From positions 960,001-1,024,000 of the forward strand of contig OY969706.1 of NCBI GenBank assembly GCA_963702095.1: a DNA stretch of 64,000 nt, in the 5' to 3' direction. The notes under the pieces were generated by a model. It had not been told where the DNA came from. It made no database searches and was given only the letters and a program-made list of their open reading frames with translations. Source of the stretch: Candidatus Bathyarchaeota archaeon (GTDB taxonomy: Archaea > Thermoproteota > Bathyarchaeia > Bathyarchaeales > Bathycorpusculaceae). The translations under genes and the position numbers were made by a program. Shown here in pieces: positions 9,642-19,750 of the stretch (the stretch's first letter is position 1; every line of letters begins with the position of its first letter).

Positions 9642-10976
9642 TTGATTCCATATGAGCATGCACAAAAAAAAACGACCTTCCTACTTGCTCTATTCTTGCT
9701 TTTCACTATCTGCATATCAACGACTCTTCCTATGGCAACGACTTCCACCTCAAACGATGATTGGCCAATGTTCCACCATGATGCATCAAACGCAGGCCTC
9801 ACTAATAATTCAGCACCAATTTCAATCCCAAACGAGGTATGGCGCTATGGGGATACTGGCTCGAGTGAACAATTCAAAGGCTCACCCGCAGTAGTAAATG
9901 GTGTAGTCTACGTGGCAGACGTCAGCCTGTCCGCCTTAAATGCTTCTACTGGTGAATTGCTGTGGTGGCAATACGACCAAGGCTACTCATCACCTGTTGT
10001 TGAGAACGGCATTGTCTATACATACAAGGGAGCGTTCAATGCTTCTAGTGGTGAACAGTTATGGGCTATAAATGGAACTTTTTGCGCTACGGTTGCAAAC
10101 GGTTATTACTATACAAATTATCAGGACCCGACAGATAATAACACTTATTTTATCGGAGTAAATGCAACCACCGGTGACATAATATGGAAATCATCAAGGA
10201 CGGTGGTGGCCTCTCCCGCTATCACGAATGGTAAGCTTTTTGTCCCAAGTTCGCCTGTTTCTGCAATCGATGCATATACAGGTCATAAAATTTGGGAGTG
10301 TGATGAAGGTGTTACAGCTTGGTTTTCCCCTGCGTTTTCAGATAATCTTGTTTACGCTTCTTCTGAAGGCGGACGCCTTTACTGCCTTGATGCCTCTTCT
10401 GGGAAAACTGTTTGGACTCAAACCGTAGGAGGGCTTGGGTCTCCTACCGCTCCCGCTGTTGCTTATGGTCTTGTTTATGTTGGGTCTGAGGATGGGAATG
10501 TTTATGCTTTTAACGCTTATAGTGGAGAAGAAAAATGGGTTTCTACGTTAGAAGCTAGTTACGGTCAAGGTTTTAGCGTCAAATATCAGGTTAGATTGCA
10601 CGGGGTTGAGTCTTCGCCTGTAGCGGCGAATGGGGCAGTTTATGTTGGCGCTGATGACGGGAACTTGTACGCTATTAATGCGACAACTGGCGCTAAACTT
10701 TGGAGCTATAGCCTTGGGGAGCCACAACAGTTACGCTGCTCACCAGCTATAGCAAACGGCTATGTATACATGGGTTCAAGTGGTGTCTTTGTTACATCAC
10801 TGGGGCTTTCGCGGGTCGGTAGAGCACAGTCCCCTATAGACTTATTCTACATTGTGCTAATTTCCTGCATCATTCTAATTATTTTTGTGGGTTTATTGAT
10901 TTATAAAAATTTTAACATCCTCCCATCTCTACAGAGCGGTCTAACTCGGAAGAACGTCAATCATGAAGGAACGTAA
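9642..10976 (+). CDS. secreted PQQ-like (BamB-type) beta-propeller repeat protein with C-terminal TM anchor
   Basis: signal peptide, DWPMFHHD, repeated SSPAV.NG.VYVGS.DG.LYA.NA.TG..LW units and C-terminal hydrophobic helix. Confidence 0.9.
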   Translation: MIPYEHAQKKTTFLLALFLLFTICISTTLPMATTSTSNDDWPMFHHDASNAGLTNNSAPISIPNEVWRYGDTGSSEQFKGSPAVVNGVVYVADVSLSALNASTGELLWWQYDQGYSSPVVENGIVYTYKGAFNASSGEQLWAINGTFCATVANGYYYTNYQDPTDNNTYFIGVNATTGDIIWKSSRTVVASPAITNGKLFVPSSPVSAIDAYTGHKIWECDEGVTAWFSPAFSDNLVYASSEGGRLYCLDASSGKTVWTQTVGGLGSPTAPAVAYGLVYVGSEDGNVYAFNAYSGEEKWVSTLEASYGQGFSVKYQVRLHGVESSPVAANGAVYVGADDGNLYAINATTGAKLWSYSLGEPQQLRCSPAIANGYVYMGSSGVFVTSLGLSRVGRAQSPIDLFYIVLISCIILIIFVGLLIYKNFNILPSLQSGLTRKNVNHEGT

Positions 10977-11048
10977 ACATTTTCGGAAATATATCGTTCT
11001 CGTAAAATGCCTATTCCAGAATATCTCTACTACCAATAAAATGAAAAA

Positions 11049-13160
11049 ATGGATATAATGGTGAAAAAAATGACAGTTTATGGACCTATAAATATGAATC
11101 TATCTCCCGAGCCAGCCTTCTGTAATTGCTCATACAATGGGCAAAGTTCGGGAGGAAAAGGAGCAACTATTTGGTATGGAGGCGATCACACTCTTGGAGG
11201 AATGGCCGATTATACCTATAGCTTTACAGACACTTCTCCAGTTTGTTGTGACGGTGGAACACAACTTTGTTTAATAACTTACGATTTAGTAACTACTGAT
11301 CCTTCAGTAAACTCTATCGTGATTTGGAGATACCTAAACGACGTCTTAGTTGGTTCGACAACACACAGTCCCATAGCTAATCATAATGTAACGGAAGCAT
11401 TCGACGTAGAGCCACTAAACGACCATACGGTTTATGTACATGGTGGTCTTAACAGATTTAAATTTCAGAATACCTGCAATACTTCAATTCAAATAAAAAA
11501 TTTCCGCGTTTTCAGGGCATACCCTTTGCGCAATCTTCAAGATGGTCAGTCCTCATGCCCTCCCGCAAACGACCCTGTGGCAAGTGGAAGCATAGATTAT
11601 TCAAGGCAAGACTTTCCCTGTAACTACGCCAGTATTGGCGACCGTATTAGTTTTGTCCGCTGGGGCGCAAACTATGATGCCGTGCCTATAGGGCCAGGCG
11701 ACAGCATAAAATGGACTTTTACTAATCCTAATGACAATGCCAATAATTATTTTGGCAAATGCGCTTGCTTCTTTAATTTCAATAACGTTAGCCGATCACT
11801 TGATCTGGGAGCAGACACAGAATATAAAATTAAGCTAAATGATATTGAAATTGCAACCTATTATCATGGCGGTTATCTAGGTTTTTCATCTCAGTTTCCA
11901 ACAATTGATTTAGCGCATTTTCCAAACATCTATCGTGATGAACCAGGACAAATGAACACCGTTGAACTCGTAAATACAGGAGTTAACAGCATTGCAACCC
12001 TCACTATAAACAATAATCCTAACTTAGGCGGCGTCGATATCTACCGATTCTATAAAGTTACGAACATTTGTAAAGACGATTTCAGCAACGATGGCATAAC
12101 AAAAAATGTTTGGGATAGAACCGCGAATAACGATCCTGAATCGATCCAGATCGGCGGCTCTGCACAAATAGTAAACGGTCAGTTGCAAGTCTCAGTGCCA
12201 GGTAACGGATACAAGCAAGCGGGTAAAGTCACACGATATGCTTATGATAGTCTTGCTTTTTACCCCGGAACTGATAAACAGGGTTTTGAAGCAGCAATCG
12301 ATATAACTGGTATAAGCGGTCTAAGGGAAATGAATCTGTTTCTCAGCGATAGCAGAACAACAAGTACTGATCCCTATTCGTTGAATAATTTCTATTTGTT
12401 CATGAAGGATCGAACGGACACAACGGTAAAGATACAACGGCGTCTTAGCGGCGGCTCAGTTTCATCGATGTGGAAATGGTGGAATGCCTCCACAGGTACC
12501 CAGAAAATCAAGGTCTCAGGAGGATCGATCGGTTTCTATGAGAACGGTATCCTACGCCATGCAGAGCCATTTATGCTTCCGTCAAGCAGTTGCTATCTAT
12601 ATGCTTACAATAGCTCGGACTTAGCGGGAACAGGAACATTCGATAACTTCTCCATAAAGCCAGCGGAAGGGGTTATCAAAGACAACTTTGACGATGGTAA
12701 CTGCAACGGCTGGTCTGTTGTTACCGGTATTTGGGGTGTGACGAATGGAAAACTGCAATCAGCCCAAATTACTCCCACCTCCCAAATCCGCTACCAGGCT
12801 ATCTCCTCTCCAAATAGGCATGTTGCAGCAGATATCCAAACGCTGTCTGGCAGCGGAACAGGAAATGTTGCGTTCTTGATGGTCAATGAAGTAAACAGTG
12901 CAAACATGATTTACGCAGATATAACAAGAGACGGAACTGTGGAGCTCATAATTTTCTACAACGGACTACCTACACATTACAGACATTACGGTACGGGCCT
13001 TAATCCCTGTGAGAATCACAGAATTGCTGTCACAATCACTGGCACAAATGCTAAAGTCTACGTCGACAACACTCTATACATCGATCAGGACGATGCTCAC
13101 TTTGCCAGCATAAGCAACGTTATGTGGGATTTTACACATACAACTCAACGGGATCGCTAG
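11049..13160 (+). CDS. large beta-rich hypothetical protein with two C-terminal LamG/DUF1080-like domains (C-terminus probably frameshifted, true stop ~13186)
   Basis: KDDFSND...GTFDNFSI and KDNFDDGNCNGWSVVTGIW...; a YVGF/YTYNSTGSLDNLVV tail appears in shifted frames near 13120-13186. Confidence 0.7.
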   Translation: MDIMVKKMTVYGPINMNLSPEPAFCNCSYNGQSSGGKGATIWYGGDHTLGGMADYTYSFTDTSPVCCDGGTQLCLITYDLVTTDPSVNSIVIWRYLNDVLVGSTTHSPIANHNVTEAFDVEPLNDHTVYVHGGLNRFKFQNTCNTSIQIKNFRVFRAYPLRNLQDGQSSCPPANDPVASGSIDYSRQDFPCNYASIGDRISFVRWGANYDAVPIGPGDSIKWTFTNPNDNANNYFGKCACFFNFNNVSRSLDLGADTEYKIKLNDIEIATYYHGGYLGFSSQFPTIDLAHFPNIYRDEPGQMNTVELVNTGVNSIATLTINNNPNLGGVDIYRFYKVTNICKDDFSNDGITKNVWDRTANNDPESIQIGGSAQIVNGQLQVSVPGNGYKQAGKVTRYAYDSLAFYPGTDKQGFEAAIDITGISGLREMNLFLSDSRTTSTDPYSLNNFYLFMKDRTDTTVKIQRRLSGGSVSSMWKWWNASTGTQKIKVSGGSIGFYENGILRHAEPFMLPSSSCYLYAYNSSDLAGTGTFDNFSIKPAEGVIKDNFDDGNCNGWSVVTGIWGVTNGKLQSAQITPTSQIRYQAISSPNRHVAADIQTLSGSGTGNVAFLMVNEVNSANMIYADITRDGTVELIIFYNGLPTHYRHYGTGLNPCENHRIAVTITGTNAKVYVDNTLYIDQDDAHFASISNVMWDFTHTTQRDR

Positions 13161-13376
13161 ATAACCTGGTAGTACTTACCCAATAGCCCCCTTGAACTAA
13201 AATTAGCAAGTTCTAAAGTAACTTGCTCTCCCTACTTTTTCATTTTTAAAAATTTAGTTTCCTAAAAGAAAAGAGAATTTTTGGATAAAATTGCCTCTTG
13301 CTTTACTGTAGGTGCATGCCGGTTTCTACTATGCGTTATGTTGTGGCATGCCTTGTGCTAGCATGATTCCACTGTG

Positions 13377-13856
13377 TTATAGGTTGCTTTTCATTTCTTC
13401 TTTGAAGGTTTCTTCGAGCATTTTTTTGTTTATGCCGATTTCTTCTGCTAGGCGTTTGACTTGTTTGACGTAGGTGCGGAAGAGGCTTTGGAGGATTTCG
13501 GTTTTTTCGTCGCCGCTTAATTCTGTCTCTTCGGCTAAGAGCAGCGCGAACCAGCGTCCGAGGGTGGTGAGTTGGTAGGTTTTTATCCAGATGATGCGTC
13601 CTTCTTTATCGTTTTTCTCCATGCTCTCGTTCAACACGCCCAGCGAAGTGAGGGTTTTGAGGTTTTCTATGATGGTTTTGTTGCTGTAGTTGAGTTTTTG
13701 GACGAGTTCTTTTTGGTAGATGCTTTTTGCTATGCCCTGTTTTAGGCTGAAGCGGAGGATGTCTACGCCGGCTTTGGAGCCGAAGATGGCGGAGAGTATC
13801 TTGTCTTTTTTTTCTACGGGAAGAAAAACTACATAGGGACGTAACTTTTCCGTCAT
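13377..13856 (-). CDS. winged-helix transcriptional regulator
   Basis: IYQKELVQKLNYSNKTIIENLKTLTSLGVL...YQLTTLGRW; start taken at MTEKL. Confidence 0.8.
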   Translation of the reverse strand: MTEKLRPYVVFLPVEKKDKILSAIFGSKAGVDILRFSLKQGIAKSIYQKELVQKLNYSNKTIIENLKTLTSLGVLNESMEKNDKEGRIIWIKTYQLTTLGRWFALLLAEETELSGDEKTEILQSLFRTYVKQVKRLAEEIGINKKMLEETFKEEMKSNL

Positions 13857-13909
13857 AGGCGACTCTTCTAAACAGATAGGTAGCTGTTTTTCCATTTAAG
13901 AATATCGCC

Positions 13910-13929
13910 TATAACCTACATAGGTTATA
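13910..13929. promoter_or_regulatory. palindromic operator candidate
   Basis: TATAACCTA-CA-TAGGTTATA (perfect 9-bp arms) between the divergent wHTH gene and the FxLYD gene. Confidence 0.6.
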
Positions 13930-14029
13930 TGCTGCTGCCCTCTGTTCCTTGGAGTTGAGTCCAATTTGGAAAAACCATTTTATACTCCAACCGTGCATTT
14001 GAAACTAAAACCGAGAAAAGGGGAAACTT

Positions 14030-14998
14030 GTGCTTAAAAAAATTGGTATCTGCCTATTAATCCTCCTTGCCCTATCCGCGTCAACGTTGGTGTTGATGCC
14101 CCCGGCGAAGAGCCAAACTGACAGCATCAAAGTCCTAAGTTACAGCTACTACGTCGATTACATGGGCTTCCTAGACGTAGTCGGCGAAATCCAAAACGTT
14201 GGCACCAGCACCATCGCAAACGTCACAATCGCCGGAGACTTAACCACTACCGATGGCGTTGGTTCAAGTTCAGGCTGCCCCGCCTTAGTCAACGATTTGC
14301 TGCCTCAGCAGAAAGCCCCCTTCTACATGGAGTTCTCCCCAGAGAACACCATCTACGGCGCATGGTACGGCGTAACCATTCAGTCCGTGAACTTCTACAT
14401 TTACCAGGCTGACCCGACGTCGAACTACCTCTACCCCGACGTTGCAATCGTCAGTCAACAAAGCTCTGTGGCAGCCGACGGCAGCTACACAGTCACTGGA
14501 ACCGTAAAGAACACCGGCAGCCAATCAGCAACTGACGTCCGAGTCGTAGCCACATTCTACAATTCACAACAAGAAGTGGTCGCCATAGGATACACCGACC
14601 CATTGACGCCAAACCCCATAGCGCCTCAGCATTCAGCCACCTACACCGTGGGCGCATTCGACCGAAACCAAAGCTCTGTCCCAGCCAACCAAACTATCGC
14701 TTCATACGCGCTTATGGTGCAAGTTCGAAGTCCCGAGCTTCAAGGTACCCCGCCCGCAGTCACCCCGTCTCCAACGCCTGGACCCACAACCCTGCAGACG
14801 GCAACTCCGAGCTCCACTCAGTCAGGCAGCTCGTCAAATGACGATTTGGGCAGTGGCTTTAATTCAGGTATACTCATTGGCGGAATTGTTGCGGTGGTAA
14901 TTGTGGTTGCAGTTTTGGGGTTGTCGATGTTTAGGAAACGCAAAACCTCCTCCTCGCAGCAGGAAGGCTCTGCCAAGAAAACCAAGCGCAAAAAATAA
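14030..14998 (+). CDS. secreted FxLYD-like Ig-fold protein with Pro/Thr linker and C-terminal TM anchor
   Basis: signal peptide; two VVGEIQNVG / VTGTVKNTG...VVATFYN repeats; TPSPTP linker; TM helix plus basic tail. Confidence 0.75.
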   Translation: MLKKIGICLLILLALSASTLVLMPPAKSQTDSIKVLSYSYYVDYMGFLDVVGEIQNVGTSTIANVTIAGDLTTTDGVGSSSGCPALVNDLLPQQKAPFYMEFSPENTIYGAWYGVTIQSVNFYIYQADPTSNYLYPDVAIVSQQSSVAADGSYTVTGTVKNTGSQSATDVRVVATFYNSQQEVVAIGYTDPLTPNPIAPQHSATYTVGAFDRNQSSVPANQTIASYALMVQVRSPELQGTPPAVTPSPTPGPTTLQTATPSSTQSGSSSNDDLGSGFNSGILIGGIVAVVIVVAVLGLSMFRKRKTSSSQQEGSAKKTKRKK

Positions 14999-15069
14999 TT
15001 GCGCCTTATCCCTTGTTTAGGGCAGAGTGTGCCAGTCCTTAAATATTACTTTACACAAAAGGGGTAACT

Positions 15070-15909
15070 ATGAGTTTCAGATCACAAGCAAGCCGTCGAG
15101 GCTCAAGCAAACATAACTCCAAAAGCACCCGTGAAAAGAAATCTAAAGAGAAGAAGCAGCGCCAAACCGCCAAGTACCTCCAAGAAGAAACCCCCGAGAC
15201 TTCCAAAGAGGAAGTTGCGCAGAAAACACAGAATTGTCTTGGCAAACTTGGCAGCCAAATTTTTGCTCTCTCACCGTTTAGCCAATACTTTGACGATTGG
15301 CTGCTGAATCTGCGCCAAGTAATCTCTGAATTCGAAACCAGCCCAACCATAAAAGTTGACGATGAATTCGTTAAGATTCGAACGCAGGTTTTCCTTGATC
15401 TCGAAGGTGCATTGGCTCAGAATCGGCTTGATGAATCTAACTTAACCAGCGAAGCCAAAGCCCTCTCAGACAACAACCACAAAATCCTTGAAGTCGACAG
15501 GCAATACGCGGAGCAGACCCGTGAACTCAGCACCAAACGCAACACTGAGATACAGCGGCTCAGCAACAGAATCCGCGAGTTAGAAGACGATGTGGTAGCT
15601 CAGCAGGGGCTCAAGTTTGGTTTCTTCCAGTTTGGCGAAAAGAAGCGTGCGACGGAAAGACTTGCCCAGACACAGCAATCGCTTACAACTGCAAAAAACG
15701 AGTTAGAAGTTACAGTGCAGAGCTTCTCTGCGGAGCAAGAAAAACTCCATGACACCTATGAGACGTGCAAGCAGGAACTAAACGAGGAATCTGATAGGCT
15801 GCGTAAGGAGCTTGAGAAGCTTGAAACCGACACTTCAACCACTGCAAGATTAACCGCGTGCACTGCATTGTCTGAGGCAATCGGTAGCTTGCTAAAGAGG
15901 ACACCGTAA
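15070..15909 (+). CDS. coiled-coil hypothetical protein
   Basis: 279 aa, basic N-terminus and long heptad-rich helices. Confidence 0.75.
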   Translation: MSFRSQASRRGSSKHNSKSTREKKSKEKKQRQTAKYLQEETPETSKEEVAQKTQNCLGKLGSQIFALSPFSQYFDDWLLNLRQVISEFETSPTIKVDDEFVKIRTQVFLDLEGALAQNRLDESNLTSEAKALSDNNHKILEVDRQYAEQTRELSTKRNTEIQRLSNRIRELEDDVVAQQGLKFGFFQFGEKKRATERLAQTQQSLTTAKNELEVTVQSFSAEQEKLHDTYETCKQELNEESDRLRKELEKLETDTSTTARLTACTALSEAIGSLLKRTP

Positions 15910-15990
15910 ACCCCTTAACCCTCATTTTATATCTACCTTTGTAGTCGATTGGTGCCTACAAGGCGGTGTCCTTGGGAACTTAAAGTTACT

Positions 15991-16017
15991 GTTCTGCCGC
16001 TAGAACAAACCGTTCTA
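15991..16017 (+). promoter_or_regulatory. three-half-site operator, copy 1
   Basis: GTTCT-GCCGC-TAGAAC-AAACC-GTTCTA, followed by CAGAGCTAATAA (BRE/TATA-like); 48 nt before ATG 16066. Confidence 0.75.
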
Positions 16018-16065
16018 CAATCAGAGCTAATAAGAACCATCCCACCAATGATTCGATGTTAGCGT

Positions 16066-17262
16066 ATGGAATTCAAGTACAAACTTATTGCAATTGCTGT
16101 TTTGGCGTTGTTGACTGGAACCGCCTTTGCAGCGCCCATGCTTGTTGTACCCTTAGACGTTAAGCTCTACCCCCATGTTGTGGAAGGACCTAAAGCTGAC
16201 TTTAGCATCGAATTATTATACGCCAACTTTAGCACCCAAACCCGCCAACGAAACGCCACCATCACCTTCCCCACCATTAGCAACGGCAGCTGGACAACCA
16301 TCAACAACACTCAAATGGTCACCGATACAAACGTAACTTACATGGTTGTCGCCAACGTAACTAACCACTCAGATGTGGCAGCTAAAATGTCTGAGGCAAG
16401 CTTCACAGCCGCCCAGCACATAAACGTCGATGATTCAGCGTTGGGTGGTTTGGTGGTTAACAAGGGGGTGACTGATTTTTTGGGCACCAGTTTCGGCGGC
16501 GTTGTCGACGGGGTTTGGCTTGACGGCGACTGGTTAAATACCACTTGGATAAGAGGCACAGATTACCCCCTAAACCTCTACCGCATAATGAACCAGGACC
16601 ACAACGCTTACCCCCTCATTCCCGATTTGCCAGCCAACGCCTCAGCAGAGGGCACATGGATAGAGGGTGTGCCCATAGCCGAATATTATGATAGCGCCCA
16701 TCAGGTCGCAATACAAATCTACATCAACGGTCAATGGGTCGACGTAACAGGCAGAATCCAACCTCATAATCCACAACCCGCAGTCATCGCAACCAACACT
16801 TTGGCAAATTTGGTTTTGAGCTCTTGCGTTCCAGTTTATCATCCCAAAAACATAAGTGGTGATAGCACGGCTTTTCTTCCTGAGTGGGGTAAAGGTGAAG
16901 GGCAAACCTATACTTGGTCAAGTGCAAACGGCTTTAACACAACTTGGTCGCCTCATCAATCCAAACTCATCGCCTTAACAGGCACCGCCCAATTGAGAGG
17001 CGACATAGCCGATAACAGCAGCCTATCTTCGTTGGAAAACGGTGCCTTAGACCTTTACGGCTCATTCACCAACTACATCAACAACATGCCCATCGACGGC
17101 ACCTACGCCAACACATTTTCAACCGCTACTTGGCTACATACGGTTCCTCTACAGAAAACCCCAGACGGCTACATATACAACGCCATACTTGAGCCAAACC
17201 AGGCTTTCGAGTTTTCGCCCAATAAAGTGGAAGTATACATAAAACAGGTAGGGCAGCCATGA
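16066..17262 (+). CDS. secreted hypothetical (probably glycosylated) protein
   Basis: signal peptide (LIAIAVLALLTGTAFA); many N-x-S/T sequons. Confidence 0.8.
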   Translation: MEFKYKLIAIAVLALLTGTAFAAPMLVVPLDVKLYPHVVEGPKADFSIELLYANFSTQTRQRNATITFPTISNGSWTTINNTQMVTDTNVTYMVVANVTNHSDVAAKMSEASFTAAQHINVDDSALGGLVVNKGVTDFLGTSFGGVVDGVWLDGDWLNTTWIRGTDYPLNLYRIMNQDHNAYPLIPDLPANASAEGTWIEGVPIAEYYDSAHQVAIQIYINGQWVDVTGRIQPHNPQPAVIATNTLANLVLSSCVPVYHPKNISGDSTAFLPEWGKGEGQTYTWSSANGFNTTWSPHQSKLIALTGTAQLRGDIADNSSLSSLENGALDLYGSFTNYINNMPIDGTYANTFSTATWLHTVPLQKTPDGYIYNAILEPNQAFEFSPNKVEVYIKQVGQP

Positions 17263-17738
17263 CTAACGCTGAAGAACTTGAAGGCACATCACTAAACGTC
17301 TATTCCTGTATGGTTCGAGAAGGCAAACCGATGGGGCCCCGTGAAATCATGCGGCTGGCCACCCTCAGCAGTCCCAGCGTAGCACATTGGCATCTCCAAA
17401 AACTTGAAGCGCTCGGATTAATAGCGAAAAACAACTATGGCGAATACACTGTTAAGCAAAAAGTAAATGTGAGCGGGCACTTTTGGGTGGGAAGAACCTT
17501 GGTGCCTCGGCTGATTTTCTATGCCTTCTTTTTCGTCGGAATTCTCGGCGTTGAGGTGGTAGCGATTGCGGTGCCCTTTATCCAACGGGGACAAGCGCCT
17601 GACTTGTACCTGTTCTATTTGATTGCTCCCACAGCCATCGCAATGGTGCTTTTTTTGGGCGAAGGCATTTGGCTCCGCAGAAAAACTCAAAGCGACTCAA
17701 ACAAGAAAAAATCTGCTCCTGAAAAGTCACATGCGTAG
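17259..17738 (+). CDS. membrane-anchored wHTH transcriptional regulator (N-terminal wHTH + 2 TM)
   Basis: PMGPREIMRLATLSSPSVAHWHLQKLEALGLI..YGEY followed by two hydrophobic helices; ATGA overlap with the upstream gene. Confidence 0.8.
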   Translation: MTNAEELEGTSLNVYSCMVREGKPMGPREIMRLATLSSPSVAHWHLQKLEALGLIAKNNYGEYTVKQKVNVSGHFWVGRTLVPRLIFYAFFFVGILGVEVVAIAVPFIQRGQAPDLYLFYLIAPTAIAMVLFLGEGIWLRRKTQSDSNKKKSAPEKSHA

Positions 17739-17741
17739 GCT

Positions 17742-17768
17742 GTTCTGGAAGTAGAACAAAGTGTTCTA
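17742..17768 (+). promoter_or_regulatory. three-half-site operator, copy 2
   Basis: GTTCT-GGAAG-TAGAAC-AAAGT-GTTCTA, followed by CAGAGCTAAAAA; 49 nt before ATG 17818. Confidence 0.75.
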
Positions 17769-17817
17769 TCAACAGAGCTAAAAAACAAGCCGATATAGTA
17801 TTAGGCTGTGAAAAAAG

Positions 17818-19110
17818 ATGCACACCCTTAACCTGCACATAGCCCTCGCAGAACCACGTGAAATCTCTCCTAAACTGCATAAAGATAGACGGTTAGGCAA
17901 GAAACTCTACGTAACCCTAGCCGTGATTGTTTCGCTTGCAACTGTTACAGTGGCGCTTGTTGTTACCCAAACCCCCAGTTCAGCCACGGGGTCACAGACT
18001 GAGTGGAGCAAAACATACTACGGCGACGTCGGTCGTGCAATCCAAACCTCTGACGGAGGCTACGCCATAGCAGGTAACAACGCTTCAGTAGGCTTCTTTC
18101 CCGCTGTCGAACGCGCTCCTACATTAATAAAAACAGATGCTTCTGGAAATCTGGTGTGGAACCAAACTTTCCCTATGACTGGGCATGTGGGTACCGCATC
18201 CATTGTGCAAACTAAAGATGGCGGTTACATCTTGTCAGGAACCAACATAGCTGCACCCATAACCAGCCCCGTCTATAGCGGTTGGCTGATAAAAACGGAC
18301 TCCAACGGCAATGTGGACTGGACTAAAACATTCGTGTTACCCCTGCAAACATGCTACACCATTCAGGATAGCCGTGGTGAATTTGTGGTAACAGGCTATG
18401 CTGAAAACGACGCTAACGGGGTAGATGCAGTTCTCATGAAAGTGAATGCACAGGGCAGTTTGGTGTGGACTAAAACCTTCGGCGGCAACTCCTCTAAGTT
18501 GCTTGCGCTGAATTCTGTTGAGGCAGACGGCGGCTACGTGGTTGCGGGTTGCGTGGTTGGAGCCAACTATGCCCAAGGCGGCTGGCTTCTAAAAACCGAT
18601 TGGGATGGCAACATGCAATGGAGCCAAATATATCAGACCAACGAAAACAAGAACCTACCCTTCAACTATATGACCCAAACCAGCGACGGTGGCTACATAG
18701 TAACCGCTTCTTCACTCGTGCAGAGTTGGCTCGTAAAAATCGATTCGTCAGGTGCTACCCAATGGATAAAATCTTTCCCAATCAATGGAATATTGCGATC
18801 AGTTGTTGGGGCACCCGACGGCGGATACGTTGCTGTAGGCACACAGGATCGGCAGGCATGTGTAATCAGAACAGATTGTTCGGGCACCCTGCTGAATACT
18901 GAATTGCTTGGTGAGGTAAGCGCCAACGTTAGCAGCTCTGCCAGTTCAGTTATCTTGACCAGCGAGGGCAACATTGTTGTGGCAGGAGCACTCAACCACT
19001 ATTCGCCTACAACCGTTGAAGGCTTCCAAGTTACCCCTGAAGTCGGAGAACATGTTTGGCTAACAAAAATGCCGCTGCCAGCCACGCAAGCATCAACTGG
19101 CTCAAGCTAA
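17818..19110 (+). CDS. membrane-anchored/secreted beta-propeller repeat protein
   Basis: N-terminal TM and about seven repeats of QTSDGGY...WLIKTD..GN..W.KT. Confidence 0.8.
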   Translation: MHTLNLHIALAEPREISPKLHKDRRLGKKLYVTLAVIVSLATVTVALVVTQTPSSATGSQTEWSKTYYGDVGRAIQTSDGGYAIAGNNASVGFFPAVERAPTLIKTDASGNLVWNQTFPMTGHVGTASIVQTKDGGYILSGTNIAAPITSPVYSGWLIKTDSNGNVDWTKTFVLPLQTCYTIQDSRGEFVVTGYAENDANGVDAVLMKVNAQGSLVWTKTFGGNSSKLLALNSVEADGGYVVAGCVVGANYAQGGWLLKTDWDGNMQWSQIYQTNENKNLPFNYMTQTSDGGYIVTASSLVQSWLVKIDSSGATQWIKSFPINGILRSVVGAPDGGYVAVGTQDRQACVIRTDCSGTLLNTELLGEVSANVSSSASSVILTSEGNIVVAGALNHYSPTTVEGFQVTPEVGEHVWLTKMPLPATQASTGSS

Positions 19111-19190
19111 ACTTCCGTGCCAATATCAATTGGAGAGTCAACGAGCGAAGTTTTGCTTTGGCTTTGCTTAGGGTGTTAACGGTTCTCCGG

Positions 19191-19322
19191 TTCTGCTTGT
19201 GGAATCCGCCTCAACCAGCCAGCAATCCATCGGCGGTGCAGAACACAAAACAGTTCCGCCTGCCTAGTCCCTAAGAATAAGATGAGCAAGGCATACTTTC
19301 TCTTCTTCTTAAACTAGAAAAA
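19191..19322 (+). repeat. dispersed ~130-nt intergenic repeat, full copy
   Basis: TTCTGCTTGTGGAATCCGCCTCAACCAGCC...AGAACACAAAACAG...GAGCAAGG...TCTTCTTCTTAAACTAGAAAAA. Confidence 0.8.
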
Positions 19323-19347
19323 CAAAAGAGCCCAGTCCTATCTACTG

Positions 19348-19557
19348 TTATATTTGGATTTTGTTTGGGATCGCTTCAGGTTGCCCCATCAGTATCCTAA
19401 GCGATTTTATTTCTTCCCGCAGTGCACCGACCTCGTTGTCGAGTTGAGTGGCTTTTGCATCAGCTGCTTTTCTGAGTTCCTCCATTTCACTTAAAAGATT
19501 CTTTTTCTCCGCTTCTAAGCTCTTGATTTTTTCCATAGTGTTCTTTAGGCTGCTCAT
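19348..19557 (-). CDS. small coiled-coil protein (69 aa)
   Basis: MSSLKNTMEKIKSLEAEKKNLL... continuous heptad pattern. Confidence 0.65.
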   Translation of the reverse strand: MSSLKNTMEKIKSLEAEKKNLLSEMEELRKAADAKATQLDNEVGALREEIKSLRILMGQPEAIPNKIQI

Positions 19558-19750
19558 TTTGGGGCCCCTTGGCATATTGTAGATTGTTGCTTTTACACTT
19601 AAGACTTTTGCATTGCCCCATCTAATCGTAAAATAGCTTTGGGGTTTTTCGAAAACTAAACACGTGTCCAGTTTGGATAGATGCAGTTTTATATAGGAAA
19701 CTGCCAATAACACATAACCAAATTCCCCCGTATTGTTGGAATGTGACTGA

